Positions 1 through 11,854 of a stretch of DNA of 64,000 bases are shown piece by piece. The notes under the pieces are model-generated. The model made no database searches, was not told where the DNA came from, and saw nothing but the letters and a program-made list of their open reading frames with translations. The position numbers were made by a program, and so were the translations under genes. Where the stretch lies: contig OZ076409.1 in NCBI GenBank assembly GCA_964187785.1, positions 6,078,001-6,142,000 on the forward strand, in the 5' to 3' direction. Each line of letters starts with the position of its first letter. Position 1 is the first letter of the stretch. This stretch comes from Amphiscolops sp. MND2022 (Eukaryota).

Positions 1-1589
1 AGATGTGCACCAGCACCTTGCCAACATCGTTCTTCCGGGTGGTTCTTTTTGCCACAAGTGCCACACTCCGGGTATGTTTTCTTCTGCGTTGACTTGCCTT
101 GTTGGGCATCTTTCTCTTTTTTCTTTTTCAGTTTTTCGCAGTCTTTGACCATGTGGCCTTTTTCCTTGCAATAATTGCAAGTAATGTCTGACATTTGCCC
201 AGTGGACAGAGGAGTTTTAGATTTTGTAGTCGAGGAGGTCATTGTGGCCATTGGTAGGTCATCTGATTCCTCAAGGGCGTTGAGTTCCAACTCTCTCTCC
301 AAATGAGCAACAATTTCATCATATGAGCCATTTTCTAGTCTGGCCATGTTGACAGACCGCTTCAACTTAGGTGGCAATTTTGCATAGAGCAAGCTGTCAA
401 TCATTCTCTGTGCATGATCACCAAACGCCTTCTCGGCTCCCTGGTTTAATTCTTCGAGAAAATCAGGCAGCTTCATCGTATTGGGATCGAAGACTAGGCG
501 GTGCCATTTATGTTTGGCAGTCGCCTGTGACTCGGGTTTGACGTATTTCCGTCTAAAGATGACTAGTACGTCCTCTAGAGTTTGTCGGTTGTTTGAGCTG
601 ATATTTCTGAACGTCTGAAGAGCATTCTTCCTCAATAAAGAGTGGAAGTGATTGATCTTCATTTGCTCAGTCATTTCTGGCTGCATCTTGATCATAGTGT
701 GAAATAGGTCTTCGAACAGCTCGAATTTCTCACTTTTGCCGTCGAATGTCATGGTATTTGAGTTGACTGGGCGTATGGTGAGTTGTTGGGCTGTTGGTCT
801 ATTTTGCATCGTAGTCAAGACGTCTGCCAGTCGAGTGATGGGGTCGGAGTCAGCAGCCGTAGCGATTCTTTCTTGTGCTGGGAACGTCGTGTCGAGCAGG
901 GGAAGGTCATCATTTGATCTGTTGAGATGACTGGTGGATGGTATTCGTCCCGTGAGAAACTCAGGAACTTCGATTGGAGATTCGTTTTCTCCTGTCACCA
1001 TGTCGTAAGCACGAGGGATCGTGCTCGTGAATCCGTCTTTGGGGCGGTCATTGGCCTGCTTACTCTTAGAATTATTCTAGGTTCTAAGTTTTGCAGCACT
1101 TCGGAATATCCTTCTGGTCTCTCGGCCGGAACATTCCATCTCCCTTTGGTCAACTGTCCAGACCCGGCCATAACTGCGTTTTGGGTTTGAGGCAAAATTT
1201 GACTACTGATCGCTTCATTTATTGCCCTGTTCGTCATTTCTGACGCTGTTCATCATTTCGTCCATTTCTCGAGACATACGGGAATTTAACTCGCTCGACA
1301 GTCTATTGATCTCAACACTTGAACTCTCCCTGATTGAATTTTGGCCTAATTCGGTATTTGGGCTAGGTCCATTATTTCCTGGGTTTGGGAACTCATTCTC
1401 ATTCTCATTTTCAAGTTCGTCTTCAAATAAGCTTTCTGGTCTACCGGCCTGATTACTATACATACTTTCACTTCTCTCATTTCTATCAAAGTGGTTTCCT
1501 CCGAGCATAATATCCAAATTCTCAATGTCTGATAGCATCTCTGCTTCTCTAGATTTCCTTGCTTTCTTCTGTTTCCTAGTAGTAGGCAT
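1..1589 (-). pseudogene. gag: Gypsy gag with frameshifts near 1230 and 1010; two CCHC-type zinc knuckles; truncated by the window edge
   Basis: Starts MPTTRKQKKARKSR. The frame from ~1001 to 1 reads ...FELFEDLFHTMIKMQPEM...CNYCKEKGHMVKDC...CGTCGKKNHPEERC. Confidence 0.88.
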
Positions 1590-1677
1590 TTAGAAAGAAA
1601 GTCCGAGGTTAATATTGAATTAGTTCGGAAAACTGGTAATATCAATGAACTGAACGTTATGGAAAGAAAGCAAATTG

Positions 1678-2737
1678 TGTCCCCTCAGAAGGGGGGTATA
1701 TGTATATATACCTCCTGAGGTGTGACACTCACATTTTCCACATATTATTGAAATGTTTACATACTCTAAAGGATCGTGAGATTTTACGAGGATTGGAAAA
1801 TAGCTATTGCATCAAAGCGATTCAGGAATTTAGGGTCGGAAGAATTCCTGAGGAATGCACTCAATTACATACTCATGATGGCTTCAAAGTACGGGGGACG
1901 GTTTAGCCCGCATTCCCGTAACAATTAACATCAAGGCAAATACATGTTCAGACACTTCAAAGTAATATTTGTGTCAACAGGTATGTGAGATATTTAAGGC
2001 ACGTGCCTGCACACGCAGGCTAATTCATCAGGTAGCAACTCTAATTATATGCACTAATAAAAGGTGAGCGCGGCCCAATTCGGTCATTTGACAAAGGTAC
2101 CATCCAATTAAAGTGACCGGTTTAGTCCGCCGGACTAGTATTTAGAGTTTTATGACTGGTGGTCACAACTACATCAATTGGGTTTAAATAGCCTCATTAG
2201 CGCCTTCTAAATACAAATATAATCCTACATGACTTTGAATAACACGCATACTCAAATTAAACAATTACAAAAGCTAATAGTTGGAATGGCCTAATCCGGC
2301 CATTTGCCTTTGGTTCGCTTACAAAATAAAGTATAGCGTCAAGTGGCCGTATACGGCCAAACAAATATGACAGTATAATGCACAGCAGGATAGAGCGTTC
2401 TGATTGGCTAATGAAATGAGCTCAAGTGACGTCTCCGGAATTGGAGTTTCGTTCACTTGAACTCGTTTCCTTTAAGCTTTACACTTGCCTTTATTACATT
2501 ACGTCACTGCTAAACAATTCATCATATAAACATAATCATCACCGTTTGAATTCTAACACGGGTATTAATCAGACTAATATTCAATCCGAATACATAATGA
2601 ATGTAATAAAACAACAGTGAGTTTTACTGAAAGTTTTGAATAATTCTCCTAAAATGTGGGTAGAGTGCCCGGTACGGCTTCTTGTTCGTTAGTAGTCGTT
2701 GTGATTCGTGTCCCATCGCAAGCGGCAGCCTGCGACA
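1678..2737 (-). repeat. Putative 5' LTR/promoter region of the Gypsy element (inner boundary uncertain)
   Basis: TGTC start. Shares blocks with 54445-55572: GGAAACGA.TTCAAG, CGTCACTTGAGCTC, GCCAATCA (CCAAT box), and TATATATA followed by CTGAG.GGGACA. No partner LTR in the window. Confidence 0.55.
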
Positions 2738-2953
2738 ATAATATTTTCACTAATTCTCCAAAAGAAATTTGGTGGTGGGGGGGACAGAAAAGAGCCCTGA
2801 TTTGTATTTCAATTATTTATATTTAATTCAGTTTCTTGGAACCTACTCTTTTCAGTTGAAGTTACAGTTAGTACGGTAGTTTTCATGTTTCAGTTACAGT
2901 TATGATTCAGTTACAGTTGCTAACACTAGTAAGAGGACAAGACAGCGGATGTT

Positions 2954-3163
<210 letters not shown>

Positions 3164-6100
3164 TCAATTCACACTATCTGAAAAAGCGAAACTAACTCAA
3201 AAACGTTTCTCCGTCATCAAAATTCGATACATACAAATTGTGCACTGAGCAGCCATCATATCCGGAGAAGCACGGCAAAAAGATTTGGTACACACGCTCC
3301 GGAACTTCAAAACTATGAAAAGTATTTTGAAAATAGGCTCAAACATTGTTTTCAAACAAAAAACTTCCAAAACTGGTCTTCAATATCTAAAGCGAAGTTG
3401 TATCCAAACAAGTACTCCTTCAATTATTTTCTGATGTCATTGATATTTTTAGGATAAAACCTTTCAGAGACGCTCGCTGAAACACATTCATTAAAACACA
3501 TGTTTGAAGAGCATGTGGGGTACCATATTTGAACTAGTTTAGATTTGAACTAGTTTAGCTTAGTTGATTGAAAGCTAGAGCACACTTTTACTTCTGAATG
3601 TAACTAGAAACACGTGACAAAACTCAAGTTTTAACTTTTTCACAGTCTTGCCAAACCGCTCGAGTCGTCACATTACCCGTCAAACCTGATTCGAACTCTA
3701 ATTCACTGATTCATTCAGTTTCTGGTCTACTAAAGTTGGTAAACCATTTTCGCAATTCATATTAATTCACGTCACATTCGTTTCAATAAATCAATGCTTC
3801 TAAATTACTGTTCATCAGAAAGTTTTGGAATCCATCAAAACTAGTTTTGTAATCCATACGGAATGCTACCGACAAAACTTAAGCACCGTGTGAAAGAAAA
3901 ATCATCATGATTCGACATAATTGCACCATTAAAAGTAGAGTAATTGCACCAAACCAAATATGGAACCGAAAAATACATGGTCATTTGATATGTAATTTTC
4001 GAATCAATCCAAGAGTTCAATATGTTTCAATAATCAAGATTATCAAAGACTAATAAAAACACTCATTTCAAGATGTCACCATTCGCTCGAGCATTAGAAA
4101 CCATCATTTGCACATTTTCCGACTCGACAATCCACTCGTCAATTAAGCCACGAATTTTGAGCAAGAAAGACCGAAACTCAACAAGATTGTTCAGAATTGT
4201 GCCAAAAGCGAAAGACTTCAAATCAGGGTCATCGAATGAGCTGTTCAGCAAAAGACTCAAAGTTAGGTATCTCATTTTAGTGCAATGCAAATTCTTCTTC
4301 GCCGTGGATAATCCCTTGCGCAACTCGCAGAGCTAAAATGTACTTCACACTATTTGAGGAAAACTAATAAGCGAAAAACACAGTAGTAGTTCTCAGCTAT
4401 GACACTGAATTTCGGCTATTTACAAGGAGATCGTCTAAAAGGAAGGGAACCAAAACAAATAACTACTTTGCAGATTTTTGTTCAAATTGAAAACTAATCA
4501 GACTTTCCTTCAAAAAATGTGTGAAATGAGGCAGCAAGTTGTAAATTTCAGTTTGCGAGATCATAGCAAGGTGGTTAGACCAGTTTGCTAGGTATGGGCG
4601 GAATCACTGTTCGAATCCTTCTAAACTTACCACTGATGGATTTTGAGTCAATTATTATTCCTAGTTCAGTTGAAGAGCCATGAATACAAACACATTTGGC
4701 GGGGAAAAAGCAAAATAAAAGGAGCAACGGCTACCACTCAGACCTTTCGGACTTTGAGCAATGTTCAACAACAGAGCAATGAGCATACTCTGGTTTAAGA
4801 AAAATGCAGTTTTTCTTCAAAAAAGGGATAAGATGAAACTAGCTTTCGAAATCAAACCAATTTTTTAATTCTTCTAGTCTAAAAATAAACAATCATCCGC
4901 ATCGAAAGTTGAAATGATACATTTTGAAAATGTACATGTTACACAAAAATCGAGTAACTCAATCTCTAATGAATTATTTATAAAGAGCATTATATCTATG
5001 GGTTACCAAGAGAATACATTGGTAAAGTTTTCTGCCAGGTTTACATTCAGCACAATTAGAACACTAAATAAAATTTGTAGCTCAAGGATTTTGAGGTGCT
5101 TTATCGTCCAGTTCTTCAAAAGTTGTTTATAATAACCCAAAACATTCATTGTATTCGTTCTTTTAATCTAATATTACTCGCGAGAAAGTTTAGATCAAAT
5201 TGATAATCAATTAAAAAGCCAATCCTACTAACATTTAATTGACTGCATAAATGGAATACGCTAAAATTGCCTAGCCCTGTTTCCAATAGAATATATCAGA
5301 ACATATACCGCCTTATTTTTTCGAATAAAAGCCGCGACATAATAATTTCTGGAGTGACTTTGCGGCTGATATTCAAGGACTGCTTCTATTCAGGAGCTTA
5401 GTTATAATTTGTCTTGGACAAGAATAAGATCTCAAACATTGCTTCCTGTGATCACTTTCAAGTTTTTTTGTTTCAATTAACCAATTAGGAACATTTTTTT
5501 TACCGTGTCGAGCTTTATCAGTGTTACAAAGGAACTTAAAAAACGCTGCGGATTTTAGGTCTGATAAGCTGTATGTAGCAACTTTCCCGTGCAATGTCAT
5601 TGAATGTTCATGTATTACAAGAAAAATTAATAGAATATTTGAAATTTACCTCACGTTCAGAAAATAAACCAGCGGAATGCTTGAATATGAAAAACGAGAA
5701 ATCCACCTTATAAAAAACCAAAGAATATATTCATCCAAAAAAACAACCAATCCCACTGGGATGGTCAAAACTCAAAACTCAATTTGGAATGGATACTTCC
5801 TCCGTAAAATGTGCCTTTTAAATTTTTGATTTTTAGTGAAGACGAATTAATCTAACTCTCAGAGCGAGTTTTTTATTCTCACTGACAAGTTCGTCACACT
5901 TTTCACGTCTCGTTTGTGATAGAAATGTTCCATGGGCAAGGTAAGCACGTAATCTCATGATGCTACTTCTACCCATTGCCTTTCGACCAGCTCTTCTATT
6001 CCTCATTCTCTGAAAAGATTTACTCAGGCTACATTTGAAACGGTGAGCGACTTGTTCCTTCAATCTGATCTAGCTCAATCAGGACATACAGAACTTGAAC

Positions 6101-6619
6101 ACTAGACGCAAGCAGAAGACAATTTTTTCCACTATCCGATATCATGGATCTTCGTCATCGATCAAGTGCCATGTCTATCATCATGTTGGGGGGAGAAGAC
6201 ACACACCCGTGGTCTGCAACGACAGTAGGGAACCCCATACCAGCCACTATCCCAGTAACAAAAAAACAACCACCAAACTACTCATACCGGTCACTATCTT
6301 TTTAAAGAGCTGCATTGATATACATGTTTGAAAAAAAACTGTAATAAATTTCTTCGAATGGGGTGGGCGGAAGTAGGTCCGAATGTATCTCTCACAGTTC
6401 TTAGAACACAAGCCACACTGCCAATCTGAGAAGCCATTGAAATCCGTTGATTCAAAAAGCTGCCAGCTCGTTGATGGTCGTGCGAACGACAGGGTGGGCG
6501 AAAATAGGTCGAAGGAACGGGATCGAAAATCAGAGTTAGTCCTCAGGTCGACATATCAAATTTTTGAATGGGATCGAAACAACTCGGATCGAAATTTTTA
6601 TAACGTAGTCAGATATGTT

Positions 6620-6984
6620 CACATGGCCTGCTGCTGAAGCTATGGACAGCAGGAATACGAGGATCACTCTTTAATCTCCTTCGGAATTTCCTCAAATGCC
6701 GACTGATACGAACAAAACTGGATGGAGTCTTAAGCTCGCCCATTAAGCCAGAACAGGGAGTTCCGCAAGGAAGCGTACCCTCACCATTGCTTTTCATATT
6801 TTTCATCGCAGAAATGTTGAAGAACACTGATGGGACTAAATTCAAATATGCGGACGACTCTCAGATCCTTATGTCTGCAGAAACACAAGCCTCCCTCTGC
6901 GAAAAAATTCAGAAAAACCTGAATTCGGTGAAAACATGGTGCAACACATGAAAATTCAAATAACGGATTGAAAACAGAGATAAT
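6620..6984 (+). pseudogene. Non-LTR retrotransposon (LINE) reverse transcriptase, fragment 1 (5'-truncated)
   Basis: Reads HGLLLKLWTAGIRG...GVPQGSVPSPLLFIFFI...KYADDSQI, containing the GVPQGS and YADD RT motifs. Missing from the ORF track. Confidence 0.9.
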
Positions 6985-7191
6985 GGGGACCAGGAACAGT
7001 ATCTAAGGAATAATATCTAAAACAATGTCGAGATTAATATCTAAAGGAATAGTATCTAAAATGCAAATTGGAGGAATTGTATCTAAAAAAACAGGAATAA
7101 GATCTAAAACTGAGAATTGTATCTAAAAACGGAAAATATGCCGGAATGTTCAATTGAAATTCAAGGAAATATGTCAAAATCGAGCAAACCA

Positions 7192-7404
7192 TCAACACTC
7201 AAAGAAAATAGCAAATTTTGACGAGATTCTTTGCTTGCATTTTGGGCAGTTATCATCTTCAATACAAAAAGTACACAACATGTGGCCACAAGGTTTAGCA
7301 AAAAAACTTATTTTCCCTAGTTCGCAAGCTGAGCACTTGGTATAATCTTCGAGTTCACTTTCTTCGCACTCTAGGCCAATATCATAGAATTCGATGGGGT
7401 CATT
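7192..7404 (-). pseudogene. C3HC4 RING-finger C-terminal fragment inside the MULE-like element
   Basis: Manual translation: NDPIEFYDIGLECEESELEDYTKCSACELGKISFFAKPCGHMLCTFCIEDDNCPKCKQRISSKFAIFFEC* (C-x2-C...PCGH-x2-C-x2-C...CP-x-C). Confidence 0.8.
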
Positions 7405-8017
7405 GCCAATGACCCCATCGAATTATATGATATTGGCCTAGAGTGCGAAGAAAGTGAACTCGATTATACCAAGTGCTCAGCTTAAGAACTAGGGAAAATA
7501 AGTTTGACTCATTGGGTTCCGGTTAACTCAGTATCAGTAGATCATTTCAATGCAACTTCGATGCAACTCCTGAGATGCTGATTTCGTGCTTTCGATAGCA
7601 CAGTATTCTGCACTTTAATTATTTGAAAAACACTGTCATAGGTCAAATAGTAGCTTTCGACTGTTGGTGGTTTTATCATTCCGAGAATTCGTGCAAAATG
7701 GACACTTCAACGTGAGAAAATGTCAAATTTGGCCTTTTGAAGCGAAGAAAACCTTCAACTGTGTCTTTCAGCAACTACGGCAGCCAAAAACCAATTTGAA
7801 AAATGAAACGAAAAAGAATGCAAAATATTGAGAGTCACGTCGGCAAACTACCTTGAAACATCTTACATTGTGGGGCATCACTAGTCAAGCCCATTCATTC
7901 AGTGTTTTTAGGGAGAGAAGCTCTTAAGATGATTGTTTTCTGAACATGAGATGATACATGTCCCAACATCCTTCTGTAACGTAACACAACGTAATATAGA
8001 TTTTGATCTTTTGGATT

Positions 8018-8221
8018 TCATCTGGATTTTTGGGATGTGTGGGGTTGATTTTCGAAAAAATTTCCATTTTCAACAGCGGCTGTGCCACAACAACCATTTT
8101 TGTAAGAATGGCATCGCAAGTTGATTTTGCCTTTATACTCGTTGTTTTTCGTGTAAATGTATCCATTCGCACAAAAGATGAAAGAACCCTTGCGGCTACC
8201 TTCAATTTTTTCGAATTCCAT
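8018..8221 (-). pseudogene. FLYWCH-like zinc-finger N-terminus of a MULE transposase
   Basis: MEFEKIEGSRKGSFIFCANGYIYTKNNEYKGKINLRCHSYKNGCCGTAAVENGNFFENQPH fits the S.KG...GY.Y...RC...C...H pattern of FLYWCH domains. Confidence 0.7.
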
Positions 8222-8407
8222 TTTGACCTGAAGTACTCAAAAAAACTATTGAAATTTGAATACGTCCATTTTCGAACCGGGAATAGTATCTAAAACTTTA
8301 GAAATTATTCCCGAAAAATGATTTCAGCCATGTCAGTTTTAGATATTATTCCCGAAATCGTTTTAGATATTATTCCTTAGATATTATTCCGCTCCCCTAG
8401 AGATGAT

Positions 8408-8510
8408 GCCCATTCACCCACTGGATATCTGGGACCACAAGTTTCATCTGGGAACAGAGAAATCTGAAGTCAAATACCAAACGAAAATTCTCAGCTTGAT
8501 CGTAGACAAC
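8408..8510 (+). pseudogene. LINE RT fragment 2 (continues at 10511-10535)
   Basis: After removing the insertions the frame reads KTEIMPIHPLDIWDHKFHLGTEKSEVKYQTKILSLIVDN|ECSFKQDT. Confidence 0.8.
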
Positions 8511-10502
8511 CAGGGAGTACGATACCACCCTATTTCTGGTATCGGTATCGGTCCGTTTTTTTGAAGTATCGGTATCGGAATCGTTTCAATCTGAAATTCG
8601 GTATCGGTATCGAAAAAAAGTATCGTTTTATCAAAAAACGGAGAAAAAGTATCGGAAACATTTAAATTAACATCACGTCTTACATCATATCAAGTGTTGG
8701 CATTTATTCAAAAACACGTTTCGTGAGTAGTTATCAGGGCTCATTTGGCATTGCAAATAGTTCTTGGAGAGCCGTCCCCAAGAAAAAAGACGCTCTGCGT
8801 CGACATTTGCAGGAATAAACCCATCGAGCGCGTCTATTATATCAAATTCACTGGAATTTTGACATTGGTCCTTAAAAGTTTTATAACTTGAACTGGCATC
8901 AGCTCCATATGAGTGCTCTGTGTCCTCAACAACTGGCATTTTCTTACGTCTTATGTAGTCGTAGAAGGTGCCATCACCGTGTAACAGCGCATCAGCCACT
9001 TGATTTGGGCGGATCCTTTTGTCCCAAACTGTCTTAATCGCTTTTCCCAGCAAATCATTACTCAAAGATTTCTGTCTTAGGAATTTAAGGATACTAACTG
9101 CTGTTTTTACATTAGCCTTCGAATCTTGTAGATCCATGGTACATTCCTTAAGAGGCTTTAACAGATTGATCAACTCAGAGACCTTGGCCCAATCAAAATC
9201 ATGCAAGTCAACAATGAGCTCGACTGAATTTCTCAAAGACACGAAACGTTCAAGCATGTCAAAGAGACTGTTCCATCTTGTTGCATTCTCAGCAACTAAC
9301 TTCAGTGGCGTATTACCCTGTATATTTTGTGCGGCTTTGAGTCGATCGCACAAAGTTGGCTTAGACAAAATATCCTTTACGGTACTGCGAACTTTCAAAA
9401 TGATATCAGAGTAGTTGAGTCGATACCTTGAGTCGGTGATGAATTCAAAGTCATCTTCATCAGCAAAATCATCAAAGTTTTCGATTAGTAGACGCTTTAC
9501 AATCAGATTTATGATGTGACACAGGCAAGGAAAATTGAATATATCAGCATCTTGTGCCACTTTTTGCACGTCGGAGCCACAGTCTGTCACCATGTAATCC
9601 ATATCGGACAACTCTAACCCGAAAATCTTTAGCCGCTCACCGAGATGGTTGATTATATCGGACGATCTACAAACGCCTTCATAATGGATAAGACCAAGAC
9701 AGTATTTAGTGACTTTATGGTACACGTAAACGCCAATAAACTTGTTATCGCCTATCGCAGTCCATTTATCGAAGGTGATTGACATCAGATCAGCTTTACT
9801 CCGTTGAGCCAGAATTGATTTCATTTTAGACACCGCACGGTGATATAGTTCTTCAAGATAGCAGTTCAACGACTGATACGTAACCTTATCATAGTTTAAT
9901 TTTTCAAACATAGTCTTCAGCTGGGCAGAGTTTGCAACCTTTGTGATCGGGAAATTGTCCACATATACAAGCTTTGCAATGATAGAATATCCTTTCTTCT
10001 CCGGTGCACCGACCTTGAATGGCAGTATACCTTGGTTTGAAACCATCCGCTTCTTACAAGATCGGATGTGCTTGCGCATGTTGGTTGTGTTTCCAGAACT
10101 CTCAATAACGCATCCACAGTCTCGGCATTTGCGTCGGGTTGTTTCCTGCCATCTATAAATTCAATAAAAAACCTCCTGTTAACATCGGTTTCTTTTATCG
10201 GTAGCCGCCAATCACCGCCAGAGTTTATTTGTTCCACATCTGAATCACCTGCACCGATTGTTGTTACCTCATCATCAGAGCTCAAATCTGATTCCATTCG
10301 GTTATCTGAAATAGATGACAAATGTTTAGGTGTATTTGAATAGTTGAATATTATTATGAATTAATCATTATTATCAGGAAAAATTTTGGGAAATTGGTAT
10401 CGGTATCGGTATCGAAGTATCGTCGCTCTCAAAAGTATCGGTATCGAGTATCGATATATCGATACTATCGTTCGATACTATCGATATGTATCGCAGTCCC
10501 TG
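8511..10502 (-). mobile_element. hAT-superfamily DNA transposon, 1992 bp
   Basis: TIR CAGGGAGTACGATAC / rc CAGGGACTGCGATAC. Perfect 8-bp TSD TAGACAAC (8503-8510 and 10503-10510). Subterminal GTATCG repeats at both ends. Confidence 0.96.
8685..10321 (-). CDS. hAT transposase (BED finger + DDE core + dimerisation region). A 464-aa open frame (8685-10079) plus an N-terminal part offset by one frameshift near 10150.
   Basis: Motifs SITFDKWT (D), VTDCGSDV (D), PCLCHIINL (CxxH), TRWNSLFDMLERF and PANVDAERLFS (E). BED finger KCRDC...SGNTTNMRKHIRSC lies in the long frame. The upstream MSSISDNRM... frame is shifted. Confidence 0.9.
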
Positions 10503-10535
10503 TAGACAACGAATGTTCATTTAAACAAGACACAG

Positions 10536-11820
10536 TGTAACGGCACCCTCTCAGACAGCAAAATCAGTCGATTTTGGAATTTCGGAATTGTGAGATGTTC
10601 AGAAATTTTGTCAAAAATTCTAATTAGATGTTTGACGTGGCACTGAGCATGTGATTGCTCTTTTCGCTGTTTCAACGAAATTGGCAGGTACTTCGACAAC
10701 AAGAACGAAGATCGAGAAAAAACCTAAGGCCAGCCGCCCGAACAGACGCCAGAGACTGCAAAAAACCTCTGAAATTAGACTCTCTTGAAGGTGCTAACCT
10801 TGATTTCAGCAGTATGCTAGGCTTCGGGCAATAAGTTCGATTTACTAAGTTCGAATGTGAACTAGTGGAATAAGTTCGAATAGGAATAGTTTCGAGACAC
10901 CAAGTTCAAATTTTCATATCGGGCATATCCGGTATGTCAAGAAAAAAACATTCCTTTCGTAAATGTCTCAGAAAATATTCAATACTTTTCCATTCTAATG
11001 TAGGGCAAATCCGATGTATGCACGCTCGCCCTCACCGTCACAAAGACCAGCTCCCACTACGATCGCTTCGCGATCTCCGTTCCTGCTAGGTCTTTGCTCC
11101 TGTTCGACCTCGCTTAGCAAGATGGGAACATAAGCGGCCCCAAGGGGCCGCGGGGCACTAGATGAATTGGGGAAATATCAGAGGTACGTTTTATACTTAC
11201 GGCGGTTTGTTCAAAATTCGAACACAGTGATTCGAACTTGTTCTGGTTTTTGGAAAATTCGAACTTAGTCCATTCGAAATTAAAATTCGAACTTATGCGT
11301 TCGAACTTATTACAGTGCCCTGTATGCTACTTTAAGTAGCGAAAACCGTAAAAATGAGACTTTTCGTCTAATTCACAAATCTGTGCCTGTGGTGCCCCAG
11401 CTTGCGAGCTGAATGTGGATGTTGCCAAATCGCCGTTGTGGACGAGATTGCTGTACATTGTTGTAAGTTTATGGCTACTTTGACAATTTTAGATCTTATT
11501 TCGTAATTTTAGATATTATTCCCCGAGTCACCCTGAATAACGAAAATTTAACATAATTTCCTTTCGGAACGTTTTTAAAGGCTGTCTAAGTGATGGTTTC
11601 GGAGAAAAAGCGTAATTCGCGCTACTGACAGCAATTAAAGACTGGATCAGGCCGGCGAGCACTTCACAAGAAGCGGAATCCTCCTCTGACGGGACAGTTT
11701 TTACCCGAAAGAGGCAAAATGAGCTCACGGTCATGGGCGCCTGTCCCGGGCAAATACCCATATCATGTGTTCCTCTAGCTCTTATGGTTACGGCGACAAT
11801 CGTGAGAGCTTGTCGTTACA
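10536..11820 (+). repeat. 5' LTR of element A (~775 bp plus the MITE insertion)
   Basis: Colinear with 21227-21988 apart from the insertion at 10820-11321 and scattered substitutions and indels. Confidence 0.9.
10820..11321. mobile_element. MITE (~500 bp) with GG start and 8-bp TSD, Merlin-like; second copy at 53710-54203
   Basis: TSD GTATGCTA (10812-10819 and 11322-11329), absent from the 3' LTR. Ends GGCTTCGGGCAATAAGTTCGA / rc AGGGCACTGTAATAAGTTCGA. Internal TTCGAA repeats. Confidence 0.85.
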
Positions 11821-11836
11821 TAGAGACATCATTTTT

Positions 11837-11854
11837 TGGCGACCACAGAGGGAT
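11837..11854 (+). promoter_or_regulatory. Primer-binding site, tRNA-Arg-like (element A)
   Basis: TGGCGACCACAGAGGGAT resembles the complement of a tRNA-Arg 3' end (...GUGGUCGCCA). Identical in element B at 42456. Confidence 0.7.

Larger units (their letters stand above)
1..2737 (-). mobile_element. Ty3/Gypsy LTR retrotransposon, 5' part (putative LTR/leader + gag), running off the window start
   Basis: Minus strand begins TGTCGCAGGCTGCCGC at 2737, homologous to the start of the Gypsy copy at 54445. The gag translation is highly similar to that copy, which carries PR-RT-RH-IN in Gypsy order. Confidence 0.88.
6985..8397 (-). mobile_element. Mutator/MULE-like DNA transposon, internally deleted (~1.4 kb), inserted in the LINE
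   Basis: TIRs GGGGACCAGGAACAGTATCTAAGGAATAATATCTAAAAC vs rc GGGGAGCGGAATAATATCTAAGGAATAATATCTAAAAC. Imperfect 9-10 bp TSD (c)AGAGATAAT / (t)AGAGATGAT. Subterminal ATCTAA repeats and a FLYWCH-like remnant. Confidence 0.8.

Noticed and set aside
4063..6063. Possible minus-strand host gene exons (4063-4332 with a TTTTAG acceptor, 5373-5600, 5833-6063)
   Set aside because: No recognisable domain and no consistent exon chain could be built by eye.
10160..10175. Programmed -1 frameshift at the T-run in the hAT N-terminus
   Set aside because: A -1 shift there would meet an immediate TGA; the frame change must lie downstream of that stop.
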